In this document: positions 1-9,326 of the stretch, piece after piece
Layout of the letters: the number at the start of each line of letters is the position of its first letter
Position numbering within the stretch: the stretch's first letter is position 1
From: an uncultured Phycisphaerales bacterium
Lineage (GTDB): Bacteria; Planctomycetota; Phycisphaerae; Tepidisphaerales; Tepidisphaeraceae
Length of the DNA: 64,000 bases
Assembly: GCA_963844715.1 (NCBI GenBank)
Contig: CAWJPJ010000008.1
Location: 224,001-288,000, forward strand
Direction: 5' to 3'
Notes under the pieces: generated by a model
Databases searched by the model: none
The model's input: the letters and a program-made list of their open reading frames with translations, nothing else
Told to the model about the DNA's origin: nothing
Made by a program: the position numbers and the translations under genes

Positions 1-369
1 GGGCGATTCGGCGGGAATGGAATTCGTCCCTGCGGCGGGGGGGACGTAACCGGTTTCCTTGAAGGATTTGAGGGCGGCCAATTTTTGATCGGCTTCCTTG
101 ATCAGGGTCTCGAGCTTGGCCGCGCGGGTGTCGAGTTGGGAGCTGATTTCCCGGGCCATTTCCGAAAGTTCCACGAGCACGTTTTGCATCTGTCGCTCGA
201 CGGATCGCTGCTGGGAGAGACTGGCGAAGGGGCTGGGCTTGCTGAGGGGATCCTTGCGGCGGAACATCGGCCGGACGACCGCGTAGGCGATCGTCAGCAC
301 CGCCAGGGTGATGACGAGCCATCGCGAGGTGGGATCGACGGCCGCATCGGCAAAGAAATTTACGGGCAT
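1..369 (-). CDS. Hypothetical membrane-anchored coiled-coil protein (3' end outside window)
   Basis: Manual translation, not in ORF track: MPVNFFADAAVDPTSRWLVITLAVLTIAYAVVRPMFRRKDPL...QQRSVERQMQNVLVELSEMAREISSQLDTRAAKLETLIKEADQKL; N-terminal TM helix then heptad-rich helix; open to window edge. Confidence 0.75.
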   Translation of the reverse strand, partial: MPVNFFADAAVDPTSRWLVITLAVLTIAYAVVRPMFRRKDPLSKPSPFASLSQQRSVERQMQNVLVELSEMAREISSQLDTRAAKLETLIKEADQKLAALKSFKETGYVPPAAGTNSIPAESP

Positions 370-416
370 TGCAGCGATCATCATTCCGTCGCGGGGGCAG
401 GGAATCAAGCGGTCGA

Positions 417-1514
417 TCAGTGTGAAAAGTGAATTGCCAGCAGGGCGATCGCCGCCGCGCAAGCGGTCGCGAGGATGGCGATTTTGATCGCGCTAAACGG
501 CCGCTCGCCCTGCACCAGTCCCGACCGGGCGTTAACGAGGAACCGGTAGACCCGATTGGAATAGCGATAGGCGCTGATCCACAGCGGCAGGAGGAGATGG
601 CGGAATTGCACGTCGTGATATTGGGTGTTGGCGCTGGTGATTTGCTGGTGATTGCCGCCGATGTCTCGGCAAATCGTCTGGTTGATGACGGGGGACATGA
701 GCTGCTTGGCGGCGTTGAAGCCGCCGACGAGGTCGATTTGATAACTCTGGCAGCTCATGCCGCTGAGGTATTCATCGGCGTAGGGGATGACGTGCCCGAC
801 ATCCCAGGGCTCCAGGTGCGTCGCCTGCTTGGGCGGCAAGGACTGCGTTGCCAGGACCAGGACGTCATTGAAATGATTCCGCACAACGCCGGAGGCGGGA
901 GACCATTGGGTGCGGGTGACGGTTCGGGCTGCGCATTTCCGGGCGGCCGTTGACCCATTCGGTAAAAGTTTCGGTGGTTTGGTAGTCGTCGCCGCGCATG
1001 CCGGTGTATTCGGTGATGGTGTCGGCGTTATAGGTCCAGCAGGGGATGTAAGCGCCGTCGATCCCGGCCTGCTCGTGCGCTTCGAGAGGGCAGTGGGGGC
1101 GAACCACAAGCCGGCGATCCATTTGCGAAAGAGCGAGTTCGCCTGGGCTTTATTGATCAGAAACGGCAGCAGGCCAGCGGGCTTGATCAATTTTTTCGAG
1201 ACTCCCTCGGCCACGACGGGCGAGCCGCAGAAGGCGCAGCGTCCGGCGGTGACATCGGGGGCCAGTTTCGTTTGGGCTCCGCAGCCTGTGCAGTGGACGA
1301 TCAGGACTTCGTGCAATTCGCATGTGCCGGGGGTCTGCTGGCAGTACGTTTGAAAATCGAGATAGGGAACCGGAGCGGAGGAAGCGGCGATTTCGTTGTT
1401 GGCGCCGCAGTAGGGGCAGACCAATTGATTGGTGCCGGGCGCGAATTGAAGTTTTGCGCCGCATTGGCGACAGGGAAATTGCCTTTCGAGGGATGGGGGC
1501 GCGGCGGTGGTCAC
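417..1514 (-). CDS. Zinc-ribbon (TFIIB-type) membrane protein, YdjG-like partner of SPFH protein; compensating frameshifts
   Basis: CxxC pairs (CRQCG, CPYCG, CTGCG, CAFCG), C-terminal LLPLW..Y..Y...VNA.SG.V.GERP and TM helix; the correct middle segment (GAYIPCWTY) lies in alternate frame 865..1122. Confidence 0.8.
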   Translation of the reverse strand: MTTAAPPSLERQFPCRQCGAKLQFAPGTNQLVCPYCGANNEIAASSAPVPYLDFQTYCQQTPGTCELHEVLIVHCTGCGAQTKLAPDVTAGRCAFCGSPVVAEGVSKKLIKPAGLLPFLINKAQANSLFRKWIAGLWFAPTALSKRTSRPGSTALTSPAGPITPTPSPNTPACAATTTKPPKLLPNGSTAARKCAARTVTRTQWSPASGVVRNHFNDVLVLATQSLPPKQATHLEPWDVGHVIPYADEYLSGMSCQSYQIDLVGGFNAAKQLMSPVINQTICRDIGGNHQQITSANTQYHDVQFRHLLLPLWISAYRYSNRVYRFLVNARSGLVQGERPFSAIKIAILATACAAAIALLAIHFSH

Positions 1515-1524
1515 CGAATGATCC

Positions 1525-2625
1525 TCACGGGAGTGGCGGGGGGACGGCGGCGAGGAGAGAGCCCAACTCGGCGACGCTCTGGGCGGTTGCCCAGCCGGAG
1601 AGGCCCTGCTTCCAGACCATGGTTTTTGCGGTGATTTCGCCGGCGCGGATTTTGGCGGACAGATCGTCCATGCTGAGAGGTCCGACGCGCTGGCCGTTGA
1701 TGGCGGCGAAGAATGCGGCGGCCGCCGGCGCGCCGGGCATGGGGGGAGGCGATTGCGCCGCGGATTGTGCGTTGCCCATGGCCTGGGACATTTGCCCGGC
1801 CATCTGGTAACCGGCGGCGAGTCCCGCGCCAGCGCCGGCGAGGCCGCCGGGGTTTTGCGCCGCGTCGCGGATGGCGCTGGCGGATTCGAATTGCGTGAAG
1901 GCGGCCATGTTTCCGATCACGCCCATGCTGGTTCGTTTGTCCATCGCTGCTTCGACTTCCGGGGGAAGGGAGATGTTTTCGACGACGAATTTGACGACTT
2001 GCAAGCCGAACGCCTCGAAATCGGGTTCGATGAAAGCACAGGCGCTCTGGCTGAGCTTGTCGTAATTCCCGGCGAGGTCGAGGGCGGATAGTTTGCTGGC
2101 GCCCAGGGCGTCGGCGAAACGCGAGACAACCATATCGCGGAGCTGCTCCTCGATTTGGTCGACGGTGAATCGCGCCTCGGTGCCGGCGACTTGCCGAAGG
2201 AAGGCGGCGACGTCCTTCACTTTCAGAGCAAAGGCCCCGAAGGCGCGGAGGCGGACCATTCCGAACTCGGCATCGCGCATCATAATGGGATTTTGCGTGC
2301 CCCATTTGCGGTCGGTCATGGTGCGCGTGGAGACGAAATAGACTTCGGCCTTGAAGGGGGAGTTGAATCCGTATTTCCAGCCTTGAAGAGTCGAGAGGAT
2401 GGGGAGGTTCTGGGTCTGGAGGGTGTATTGGCCGGGGCCGAAGACGTCGGCGAGTTTTCCCTGGTTGATGAAGGCCGCCATCTGCGATTCGCGGACGACG
2501 AGCTGGGCGCCGTTTTTGATTTCGTTGTCGTAACGGGGGAACCGCCAGACGAGGGTGTCCTGGGTGTTGTCGGTCCACTCGATGATGTCGATCAGTTCGC
2601 CGCGGAGTTTGTCCAAAAGGCCCAT
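1525..2625 (-). CDS. SPFH/band-7 domain protein (YdjI/virion-core-like) with C-terminal GYF_2 (DUF4339) domain
   Basis: IDIIEW..LVWRFP..IKNGAQLVVRESQ; KWGT.NPIMMRD.EFG; C-terminal GPLS..L...I.AGEI...TMVWKQGLSGW. Confidence 0.9.
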   Translation of the reverse strand: MGLLDKLRGELIDIIEWTDNTQDTLVWRFPRYDNEIKNGAQLVVRESQMAAFINQGKLADVFGPGQYTLQTQNLPILSTLQGWKYGFNSPFKAEVYFVSTRTMTDRKWGTQNPIMMRDAEFGMVRLRAFGAFALKVKDVAAFLRQVAGTEARFTVDQIEEQLRDMVVSRFADALGASKLSALDLAGNYDKLSQSACAFIEPDFEAFGLQVVKFVVENISLPPEVEAAMDKRTSMGVIGNMAAFTQFESASAIRDAAQNPGGLAGAGAGLAAGYQMAGQMSQAMGNAQSAAQSPPPMPGAPAAAAFFAAINGQRVGPLSMDDLSAKIRAGEITAKTMVWKQGLSGWATAQSVAELGSLLAAVPPPLP

Positions 2626-2998
2626 GTTCTTCTCCTGATGGAATGGAACGGAGGCGAGGATACCAGAGGGTCGGGGGGTGGGGAAAATTATAAAGAGAAG
2701 TTAGTTTTGGATAGGGGGAAAGGGCGAGGCATCTAAACGTGAACCTTGCGTGACAAGGGTACAAAAGTATGCGCTTTTGAAAATGACCGGGGCGCATATA
2801 TTAGACATAAGACGTTGTAATTGAAAGACTTGTATCTATTTTTTCCGGGCATTGTGGGTAGGCGCGCCTACTTCGCGCGGGGGGCGTAGAAAGTAGACCC
2901 GAGGGACACTTCGGGCGTGGAGGTAAGCGGCCCGCTCAGACAACCATCGTGGGTCTTATTCTTGGCGGGGTTTTTTAAAATTGATGGGTTGGCCCTGT

Positions 2999-3097
2999 CT
3001 AAATTCGCGGTTCTCGGCGACGGGCGAGGAGGGCTGTTATGCCGAGGAGGAGAAGAGAGAAGGGGGCGGGTTCGGGGACGGACTGGAAGAAAGTCAT
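2999..3097 (-). pseudogene. Isolated PEP-CTERM sorting tail (32 aa), probable remnant of a truncated gene
   Basis: Manual translation MTFFQSVPEPAPFSLLLLGITALLARRREPRI*: VPEP motif, hydrophobic helix, Arg cluster. Confidence 0.65.
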
Positions 3098-3158
3098 GGC
3101 GTTCTCAGCGGCGATTGGTTCAGACTTACAATCTGGTTGATTGATCGGAGTAACAGAA

Positions 3159-4031
3159 ATGGCGCGAGCACCGGGCAATCCTTTGGAGCCAGCATTGATG
3201 CAGCTCTTTCGGCGCGCACACGTGGCCTGCGGCTTGTTTCAACTGTTCTTTAGACAAATTGTCGAAGCAAAGCGATCTATTCGACGGGACCTCAAGAACA
3301 ATGAATCTGGCTTGCCAGCGATCTTCACGGGTTTGTCCATTCCCATTATCGACTTGAGCGGTAAGACAGACGGCGGGTGGCCTTTGAAATACGCCTCAGG
3401 CGGTTTCTCTGTGGCGGATGAAGAATATTTGGAAGCCCTACACGCACTTGATCAACGCGCGACGGCATGGACGATCTCCCAGGTTTATGAAGCGTTCGAG
3501 ACCTTCCTGAAGGATGTAATTGCCGCCGCCCTCACGGCAAACCCAAGCAGCGCGCCGGCGGACCTTGTGAAAAAAATCAATGCTAAGCATCCACCGACGA
3601 GCCTTGACGAATGGCGTTCTTTGCTGCGGAGGGCGTGCAGAGGAAAGGACAATTCGGACCTCTTTGCGCTTGCCCGCCAGCTTGCGCCAGACTTAGAGAA
3701 GATTGAAGTTAAGAACGGATTAGTGAATCTGAAGGACTGGTACGCTGTCGCGTCGAAAATGCGACACGCAGTTACACACGCGGATTATGAAATAAAAACC
3801 GATCAATGGAAGGATCTGAATGAAAGGCAACAGATGCTTTGTGAGATTTGGTTTCCCTTTAAGATGAATGGTGAGAGACGAGTCCTAAGTCTAGACAAGG
3901 CCAGGATGGACAACGCTGTAAGGATGTTCCTCCAGTACGCGTTCCAAATATTCAAATTCCTCTCTCAGGCGAACGGCCTAGATTGGAATATATTCGTCAG
4001 AGGTTTTAATACTGGAAAGGTGAAACCATAA
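3159..4031 (+). CDS. Hypothetical protein with HEPN-like RxxxxH motif
   Basis: Uninterrupted ORF, visibly lower GC than flanks, GGAG before ATG 3159; YEAFETFLKD helix and downstream RHAVTH. Confidence 0.7.
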   Translation: MARAPGNPLEPALMQLFRRAHVACGLFQLFFRQIVEAKRSIRRDLKNNESGLPAIFTGLSIPIIDLSGKTDGGWPLKYASGGFSVADEEYLEALHALDQRATAWTISQVYEAFETFLKDVIAAALTANPSSAPADLVKKINAKHPPTSLDEWRSLLRRACRGKDNSDLFALARQLAPDLEKIEVKNGLVNLKDWYAVASKMRHAVTHADYEIKTDQWKDLNERQQMLCEIWFPFKMNGERRVLSLDKARMDNAVRMFLQYAFQIFKFLSQANGLDWNIFVRGFNTGKVKP

Positions 4032-4137
4032 TCGGTAGGCCGAAAAATCGGGAAATATTTAGGATCCGCGTTTATGGCGGATGCATGAACTTATATAAGC
4101 GTAGGCCTAATCCATTGGGCTGCTGAGTTGTGATGCG

Positions 4138-5175
4138 ATGGCGCTTGTGAACCGTGAACATTTAAAGGCGTTGGTGCATTTGGATATCGCCCATCTGAAT
4201 GATCGGGATATTCCCTTTCATGCCTTACACGACGGAACCGCATGGCGTTTGTGGTTTCCTGGGCCACACGGACTTTTTGAAGCTAAGCCAGTCGACGTCA
4301 GTGAAAGTTCTTACTTTGCGACTGCGAAGGTAGCAAAAAGCGATTTCCATTCCTCGTTCTTAGAATTCCTTCAGCAACGTACATATTGGCCGGACATAAC
4401 CCGATTCATCGACGGAATTGGATCAGACCTCCTCAATCTGAGCGCGTGTCTCGCCAAGATCGAACTTATTTTTCATCATTGCCCTCGCCATTCCAATGGG
4501 TACTCGCGAATGATCGCGACGGAAATCGAATATGTTTTTCTTACGTGTAGAGGCATCTTCGATTTACTTCAGGAGATCATGCACCGACTGTGGAAGAAGA
4601 TAACACTCATCGATCAGACGAAAAAGAAGGTTAGCCTTCCAGAAAAGACCTACCGCAGGGTGGTATTAGAAGATGACCACCCACGAACACCGCAAGAGAT
4701 TGCGGAACGGTTCGTTCTGCCAATGGAAATTGCGGACGTTTACGCAAAAAGCACGCCATTCTTCTTTTGGCTACGCGATTACCGCGATTTGATTGCTCAT
4801 TCCGGTCACACGCCCAAACACGTCTTCAGGACGGAGCAGGGCTTCGCAATCTCAAAAGAGGATCGCCCGTTTAGGGATATGAAAATTTGGTGCGACGCCA
4901 ATTCGGGAAACAACGAGCTCGGGTCAGTGTTAGCAGTCGTCGCTCATGTTATCCGGACGACGTTTGGCACCTGCGACGAATTCGCGGCCGTGTTGCAGCG
5001 GTCTATCCAATTCCCGCCTCCTATTGCACCGAACCATCGCATTTTCATTCGCGGTGCCCATACCTCCTATCTCAATTTCTTAACAGATATGGTCGCGGGC
5101 ACAAGAGCTTGGTATGTCCCGCCCTCTCCAACACCTGATACTGCTCAAGCGCCCGCCACTAATACGAGTCGATAG
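4138..5175 (+). CDS. Hypothetical protein with HEPN-like motif (Cthe_2314-like pattern)
   Basis: Uninterrupted lower-GC ORF; EIEYVFLTCRGIFDLL helix and LRDYRDLIAH (RxxxxH). Confidence 0.7.
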   Translation: MALVNREHLKALVHLDIAHLNDRDIPFHALHDGTAWRLWFPGPHGLFEAKPVDVSESSYFATAKVAKSDFHSSFLEFLQQRTYWPDITRFIDGIGSDLLNLSACLAKIELIFHHCPRHSNGYSRMIATEIEYVFLTCRGIFDLLQEIMHRLWKKITLIDQTKKKVSLPEKTYRRVVLEDDHPRTPQEIAERFVLPMEIADVYAKSTPFFFWLRDYRDLIAHSGHTPKHVFRTEQGFAISKEDRPFRDMKIWCDANSGNNELGSVLAVVAHVIRTTFGTCDEFAAVLQRSIQFPPPIAPNHRIFIRGAHTSYLNFLTDMVAGTRAWYVPPSPTPDTAQAPATNTSR

Positions 5176-5189
5176 CGTGTCGGCCGTAC

Positions 5190-5456
5190 TTACCGCTTGC
5201 GGCGAATCTTGCGGTGATGTCGCTTTCGGGCAGCATCCACGGCTTTGCCCAACTCGGTTTCGTCGATTTCTCTGCCCGGGCCCATGAGTTCGGCCAGCGT
5301 GGTTGTTCGGGCCCGTTGCTCAAACGCCAGGTCGTCCTCTACCAGATCGCGGATGTATTGCTCGGGGGTAACGCCCAGTAGTCTCGCCTTGTCAGCGATT
5401 TGTGAGATCATGTGTCGAGGCAAGCGCTTGATGATATTGGGACCGGCTGTGGTCAT
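5190..5456 (-). CDS. Small ribbon-helix-helix-like putative antitoxin/regulator
   Basis: 88 aa; LP...I..IADKARLLGVTPEQYIRDLVE resembles RHH/CopG; basic C-terminus. Confidence 0.55.
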   Translation of the reverse strand: MTTAGPNIIKRLPRHMISQIADKARLLGVTPEQYIRDLVEDDLAFEQRARTTTLAELMGPGREIDETELGKAVDAARKRHHRKIRRKR

Positions 5457-5482
5457 AATTGTGCCCTTCAAACCTATTATAC

Positions 5483-5564
5483 GGATCGTAGTTGATATTC
5501 GTGCCGGCCCCTCACCCTAGCCCTCTCCCCGAGTACAGAGAGAGGGGATAAGAGGGCGCGCGGG
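5483..5564. repeat. CCCCTCACCC hairpin (REP-like) repeat, extended module
   Basis: gcccctcaccctagccctctccccgagtacagagagagggg; near copy with flanks at 24594..24675. Confidence 0.85.
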
Positions 5565-5593
5565 ATTCAACTAGAATCCTATTATATCATCGA

Positions 5594-6739
5594 TCAAAAC
5601 CGCCCTTTTCGGCCGGTTAGGGTTTTTTCTAAAACGTTTTCGAGGGTGTCGCAGACGCGGTCGATTTGGGGGGCGGTCATTCTGCTGAAGAAGGGGAGGG
5701 CTAGCGTGCGGGCGGAGACGTACTCGCAGACGGGGTAGTCGCCTTCTTTGGTTTTGATTTGGTTCATCATGTAGGGCTGAAGGTGGATGGGGGGGAAATA
5801 GTTGGAGCAGCCTATGCCTTCGGAGCGGAGTTCTCGGATGACGCGGTCGCGGTCGCCGGGTTCGAAGAGGTCGTTTAGGCGGACGACGAAGACGAACCAG
5901 CTCATGTGGGTTTCGTCCATGAGGGTGGGGAGGATGAGGTAGCGGTTGGTCATGAGGCGCTGCATGTAGTGGTGGGCGACTCTGCGGCGGTTGTCGAGAA
6001 TTTCTGTGAGGCGGGACATCTGGGCGACGCCGAGGGCGGCGTTGATTTCGCTTAGGCGGTAGTTGAAGCCGAGGCGTTGGTGGGCTAGCCAGGACATGCC
6101 GTCGCGGCCCTGGTTTCTCAGGGAGCGGCATTGGGCGGCGAAATTGTCGTCGTCGGTGACGATCATGCCTCCTTCGCCGGTGGTGATTTGTTTGTTGGGG
6201 TAGAAGCCGAAGACGGCGGCGCGGCCGAAGGAGCCGATGCAGCGGTCGGCGAATTTTCCGCCGAAGCCTTCGCAGGCGTCTTCGATGAGGATGAGTTCGT
6301 GTTTTTGGGAGAGTTGCTCGAGTTCGATCATGCCGTTGGGATTGCCGAAGGCTTCGACGGCGACGATGGCGCGGGTTTTTGGGGTGATGGCGGCGGCGGC
6401 TTTTTCGATGTCCAGGTTGAGGGTTATGGGATCGATATCCGCGAAGACGGGTTTGGCTCCTACATATAAGATGCAGTTGGCGGAGGCGACGAAGGAGAAG
6501 GGGGTGGTGAGGACTTCGTCGCCGGGGGCGATTCCGGCGGCGATCATGGCGGCGTGGAGGCCGGCGGTGCCGGAGGAGACGCCGATTCCATGGCGCCGGG
6601 AGGCCATTAGGGCGCAGGAACGCTCAAATTCTTCGATTTTTGGGCCGATGGAGAGGGTCGAAGTGTGGAGGACATCGACGACGGCGTCGATCTCGATTTG
6701 CGTAATATCCGGCTGAGAGAGAGGGATGGATGCTGGCAT
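5594..6739 (-). CDS. DegT/DnrJ/EryC1/StrS family PLP aminotransferase
   Basis: SSGTAGLH, TTPFSFVAS, IEDACE, FGFYPNKQITTGEGG, GFNYRLSE motifs; start set at MPASIPLSQPD. Confidence 0.93.
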   Translation of the reverse strand: MPASIPLSQPDITQIEIDAVVDVLHTSTLSIGPKIEEFERSCALMASRRHGIGVSSGTAGLHAAMIAAGIAPGDEVLTTPFSFVASANCILYVGAKPVFADIDPITLNLDIEKAAAAITPKTRAIVAVEAFGNPNGMIELEQLSQKHELILIEDACEGFGGKFADRCIGSFGRAAVFGFYPNKQITTGEGGMIVTDDDNFAAQCRSLRNQGRDGMSWLAHQRLGFNYRLSEINAALGVAQMSRLTEILDNRRRVAHHYMQRLMTNRYLILPTLMDETHMSWFVFVVRLNDLFEPGDRDRVIRELRSEGIGCSNYFPPIHLQPYMMNQIKTKEGDYPVCEYVSARTLALPFFSRMTAPQIDRVCDTLENVLEKTLTGRKGRF

Positions 6740-6825
6740 AAGTGAGGCGAGGCATATATTACTCGAAGTGCGTTGGTTGGTCCGACAGTAGATATAACTG
6801 AAAAAGGACGGGGTTTGAAAGGACC

Positions 6826-7099
6826 GCCCCTCATCCTGCCCTCTCCTTGGAATACTGGGGGAGGGGAAAAGCGCAAGGGACGCGGTTAGAGGGGATTGCC
6901 CCTCACCCTTGCCCTCTCCCCGGAGTACCGGGGAGAGGGGAAAAGAGCGCAAGGGATGCGGTTAGAAATAACGGCCTCTCACCTCGCCCACCGTGCCGGA
7001 ACCAAAGGCGGGGGAGAGGGGAAAATACTGAAGTAGGGCGCGGTTAGAGAAGACTGCCCCTCACCCTAGCCCTCTCCCCGGAATACCGGGGCGAGGGGA
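6826..7099. repeat. Tandem cluster of four CCCCTCACCC hairpin repeats with shared linker
   Basis: Units start ~6826, 6898, 6974, 7056; linkers end in GCGGTTAGA. Confidence 0.85.
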
Positions 7100-7103
7100 C
7101 AAG

Positions 7104-9326
7104 ATGGAAAAAAGAGCCAAATCTTCGAAGCACTCGCATTTCTGGCGGGCTTGTCGGTATTTGCTGCCTTATCGCATATATATAGCGATCTCGATTGTTT
7201 GCGCATTTTTTGTGGGTCTTACTTTGGCTTCGGGGCTGGGGGCGTTGCTGCCGTTGCTGCGGGTTTTGATTAATGGGGATAGTTTGCAGGGGTGGGCGTA
7301 TCGGCAGACGGCGGAGATGCGGCTGGGGGTTCATTTTCAGCAGGACCCGGGGATCGTTCAGATTGTTCAGATTACCAACAAGAGCGGAGGGGCCGCTGGC
7401 GCGGGGTTGAAGCCGGGGGTTGTGATTGAAGGGGCTGATCTTCCGCCGGATGCGCCGCCCAGCCCGTTTCCGGGTAGGGATTCGGATCCGGCGTATAAGG
7501 CTGGGGAGATTCTTCGGCGGATAGCGCGGGGGGGTGCGGGGTCGACTCATCTCATTATTGGGGGAGAATCCGTCGCGGTGCGGCTCAAGACGCCGGGGTG
7601 GTTTGGATTGGCGAAGGTGGGGTTGAATCTGGTTGATGCGCTGCCGGTGCGGCCGGTGGCGGCGGTGGCGGCGGTGTTTGGGATTATGGCGGTGCTGGCG
7701 ATCACGGGGCAGTGCTTTCGATTTTTTCAGGAATATCTTTCGGACGAAGTGGGGATTCTGGCGGTCAACGACATGCGGCGGCAGCTTTATGATCGGGTGC
7801 TGCGCGTTCCGATGCAGTTCTTTGGGCAAAAGGGGACGAGCGACATTACGAGCCGATTGGTGAGCGACGCCTCGACGTTGCAGGACGGTTTCAAGCAGGT
7901 TTTGGGGCAGAGCATTCAGGAGCCGATCAAGGCGATCATGGCGTTGGGGCTGGCGCTGATTTTGAGCTGGCAACTGACGGTGTCGATCGTGGTGTTCTCG
8001 CCGATCATGGTGATCATCGTGCGGAAGTTCGGGAAGAAGATGCGGCGAGCCAGCCGGGCGGCTTTGCAATCTTCTTCGGTGATGCTGGGGCAACTTGAGA
8101 GCACGCTGATGGGGATTCGGGTGGTGAAAGCCTCGGGGGCGGAACGATACGAGCGGCGGCGGTATATGCAGATCATGGGGAACCTGATTCGCGAGCAGTT
8201 GCGGATGAGCCGGACGGATGCGCTGAGCGCGCCGGTGCTGGAGACGGCGATCATGCTGATGATGGGGTGCGTGGTGCTGCTGGCTACGAAATTGGTGGTG
8301 GCGCATTCGATTACGGCGAACGATTTTCTGGTGGTGATGGGGTCATTGGCGGTGATCGCGGAATCTTTGCGGCGGGCCAGCAAGGTGAGCAATGCGCTTC
8401 AGAAAGCTAATGCAGCGGCGGGGAGGATTTTCGAGACTTTGGAGTTGCCTGTGGAGAGGGAGGATCGGAAGAGAGTGGGGGGTCGCGCCCCGCAAGCGGG
8501 GCCGCTAATGGGGGGGGAGGGGTTGCGGCGGAAGTTGCCGGTGTTGAGTTCTTCGATTTTGTTTGAGGGGGTCACGTTTGGGTATGGGAATGTCAGCGCG
8601 CCGGCGGTGGATCGCGTGGATTTGCGGGTACCTAAGGGGCAGAGCGTGGCGATCGTGGGGCGCAATGGGAGCGGGAAGACGACGCTGTTGGCACTGCTGC
8701 CGCGGTTTTATGATCCGCAATCGGGGCGCATTACGATTGACGGGCAGGATATTCGGACGGTTACGCTGGCGTCGCTGCGGAAACAAATCAGCATTGTCAC
8801 GCAGGACAGCGTGATATTTCCGGGGACGATTGCGCAGAACATCGCGTATGGAAATCCGATGGCGGCGCCGGATGCGCCGGCCACGGATGGGCGGGCGGTG
8901 CTGATGATGGAAATCGAAGACGCGGCGCGGCGGGCGTTTGCGCATGATTTTATTATTGAAAAGCCGCAGGCTTATCACACGCCGCTGGGGGAGCTGGGCG
9001 GGCAATTGTCGGGCGGGCAGAAGCAGCGGCTGTGCATCGCGCGGGCGATTTTGCGGAAGAGCCCGATTCTGATTCTGGACGAAGCGACCAGCCAGGTGGA
9101 CGCGGAGAGCGAACATCTTATTCAGCAGGCGACCGAGTCGCTGATGCATGAGCGGACGACGTTTGTGATCGCGCATCGGTTCAGCACGATTGTGTCGGCG
9201 GATACGATCGTGGTGATGGAGCGCGGGCGCGTGGTGGGGCAGGGGAAGCATGAGGATTTGCTGCGGAGTTGTGAGACTTATCAGCAGCTTTATGAGCGGC
9301 AGCTTTTTGCGACTACCGCTAAGTGA
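7104..9326 (+). CDS. ABC exporter fused permease/ATPase (MsbA-like)
   Basis: ABC membrane domain, Walker A GRNGSGKT, LSGGQKQR, ILILDEAT, IAHR. Confidence 0.93.
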   Translation: MEKRAKSSKHSHFWRACRYLLPYRIYIAISIVCAFFVGLTLASGLGALLPLLRVLINGDSLQGWAYRQTAEMRLGVHFQQDPGIVQIVQITNKSGGAAGAGLKPGVVIEGADLPPDAPPSPFPGRDSDPAYKAGEILRRIARGGAGSTHLIIGGESVAVRLKTPGWFGLAKVGLNLVDALPVRPVAAVAAVFGIMAVLAITGQCFRFFQEYLSDEVGILAVNDMRRQLYDRVLRVPMQFFGQKGTSDITSRLVSDASTLQDGFKQVLGQSIQEPIKAIMALGLALILSWQLTVSIVVFSPIMVIIVRKFGKKMRRASRAALQSSSVMLGQLESTLMGIRVVKASGAERYERRRYMQIMGNLIREQLRMSRTDALSAPVLETAIMLMMGCVVLLATKLVVAHSITANDFLVVMGSLAVIAESLRRASKVSNALQKANAAAGRIFETLELPVEREDRKRVGGRAPQAGPLMGGEGLRRKLPVLSSSILFEGVTFGYGNVSAPAVDRVDLRVPKGQSVAIVGRNGSGKTTLLALLPRFYDPQSGRITIDGQDIRTVTLASLRKQISIVTQDSVIFPGTIAQNIAYGNPMAAPDAPATDGRAVLMMEIEDAARRAFAHDFIIEKPQAYHTPLGELGGQLSGGQKQRLCIARAILRKSPILILDEATSQVDAESEHLIQQATESLMHERTTFVIAHRFSTIVSADTIVVMERGRVVGQGKHEDLLRSCETYQQLYERQLFATTAK

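Noticed and set aside
4032..4137. Integron attC site between the HEPN-like genes
   Set aside because: No RYYYAAC...GTTRRRY pairing seen and no integrase in the window.
6740..6952. N-terminal extension of the aminotransferase
   Set aside because: Translates intergenic repeats; family similarity starts at 6739.
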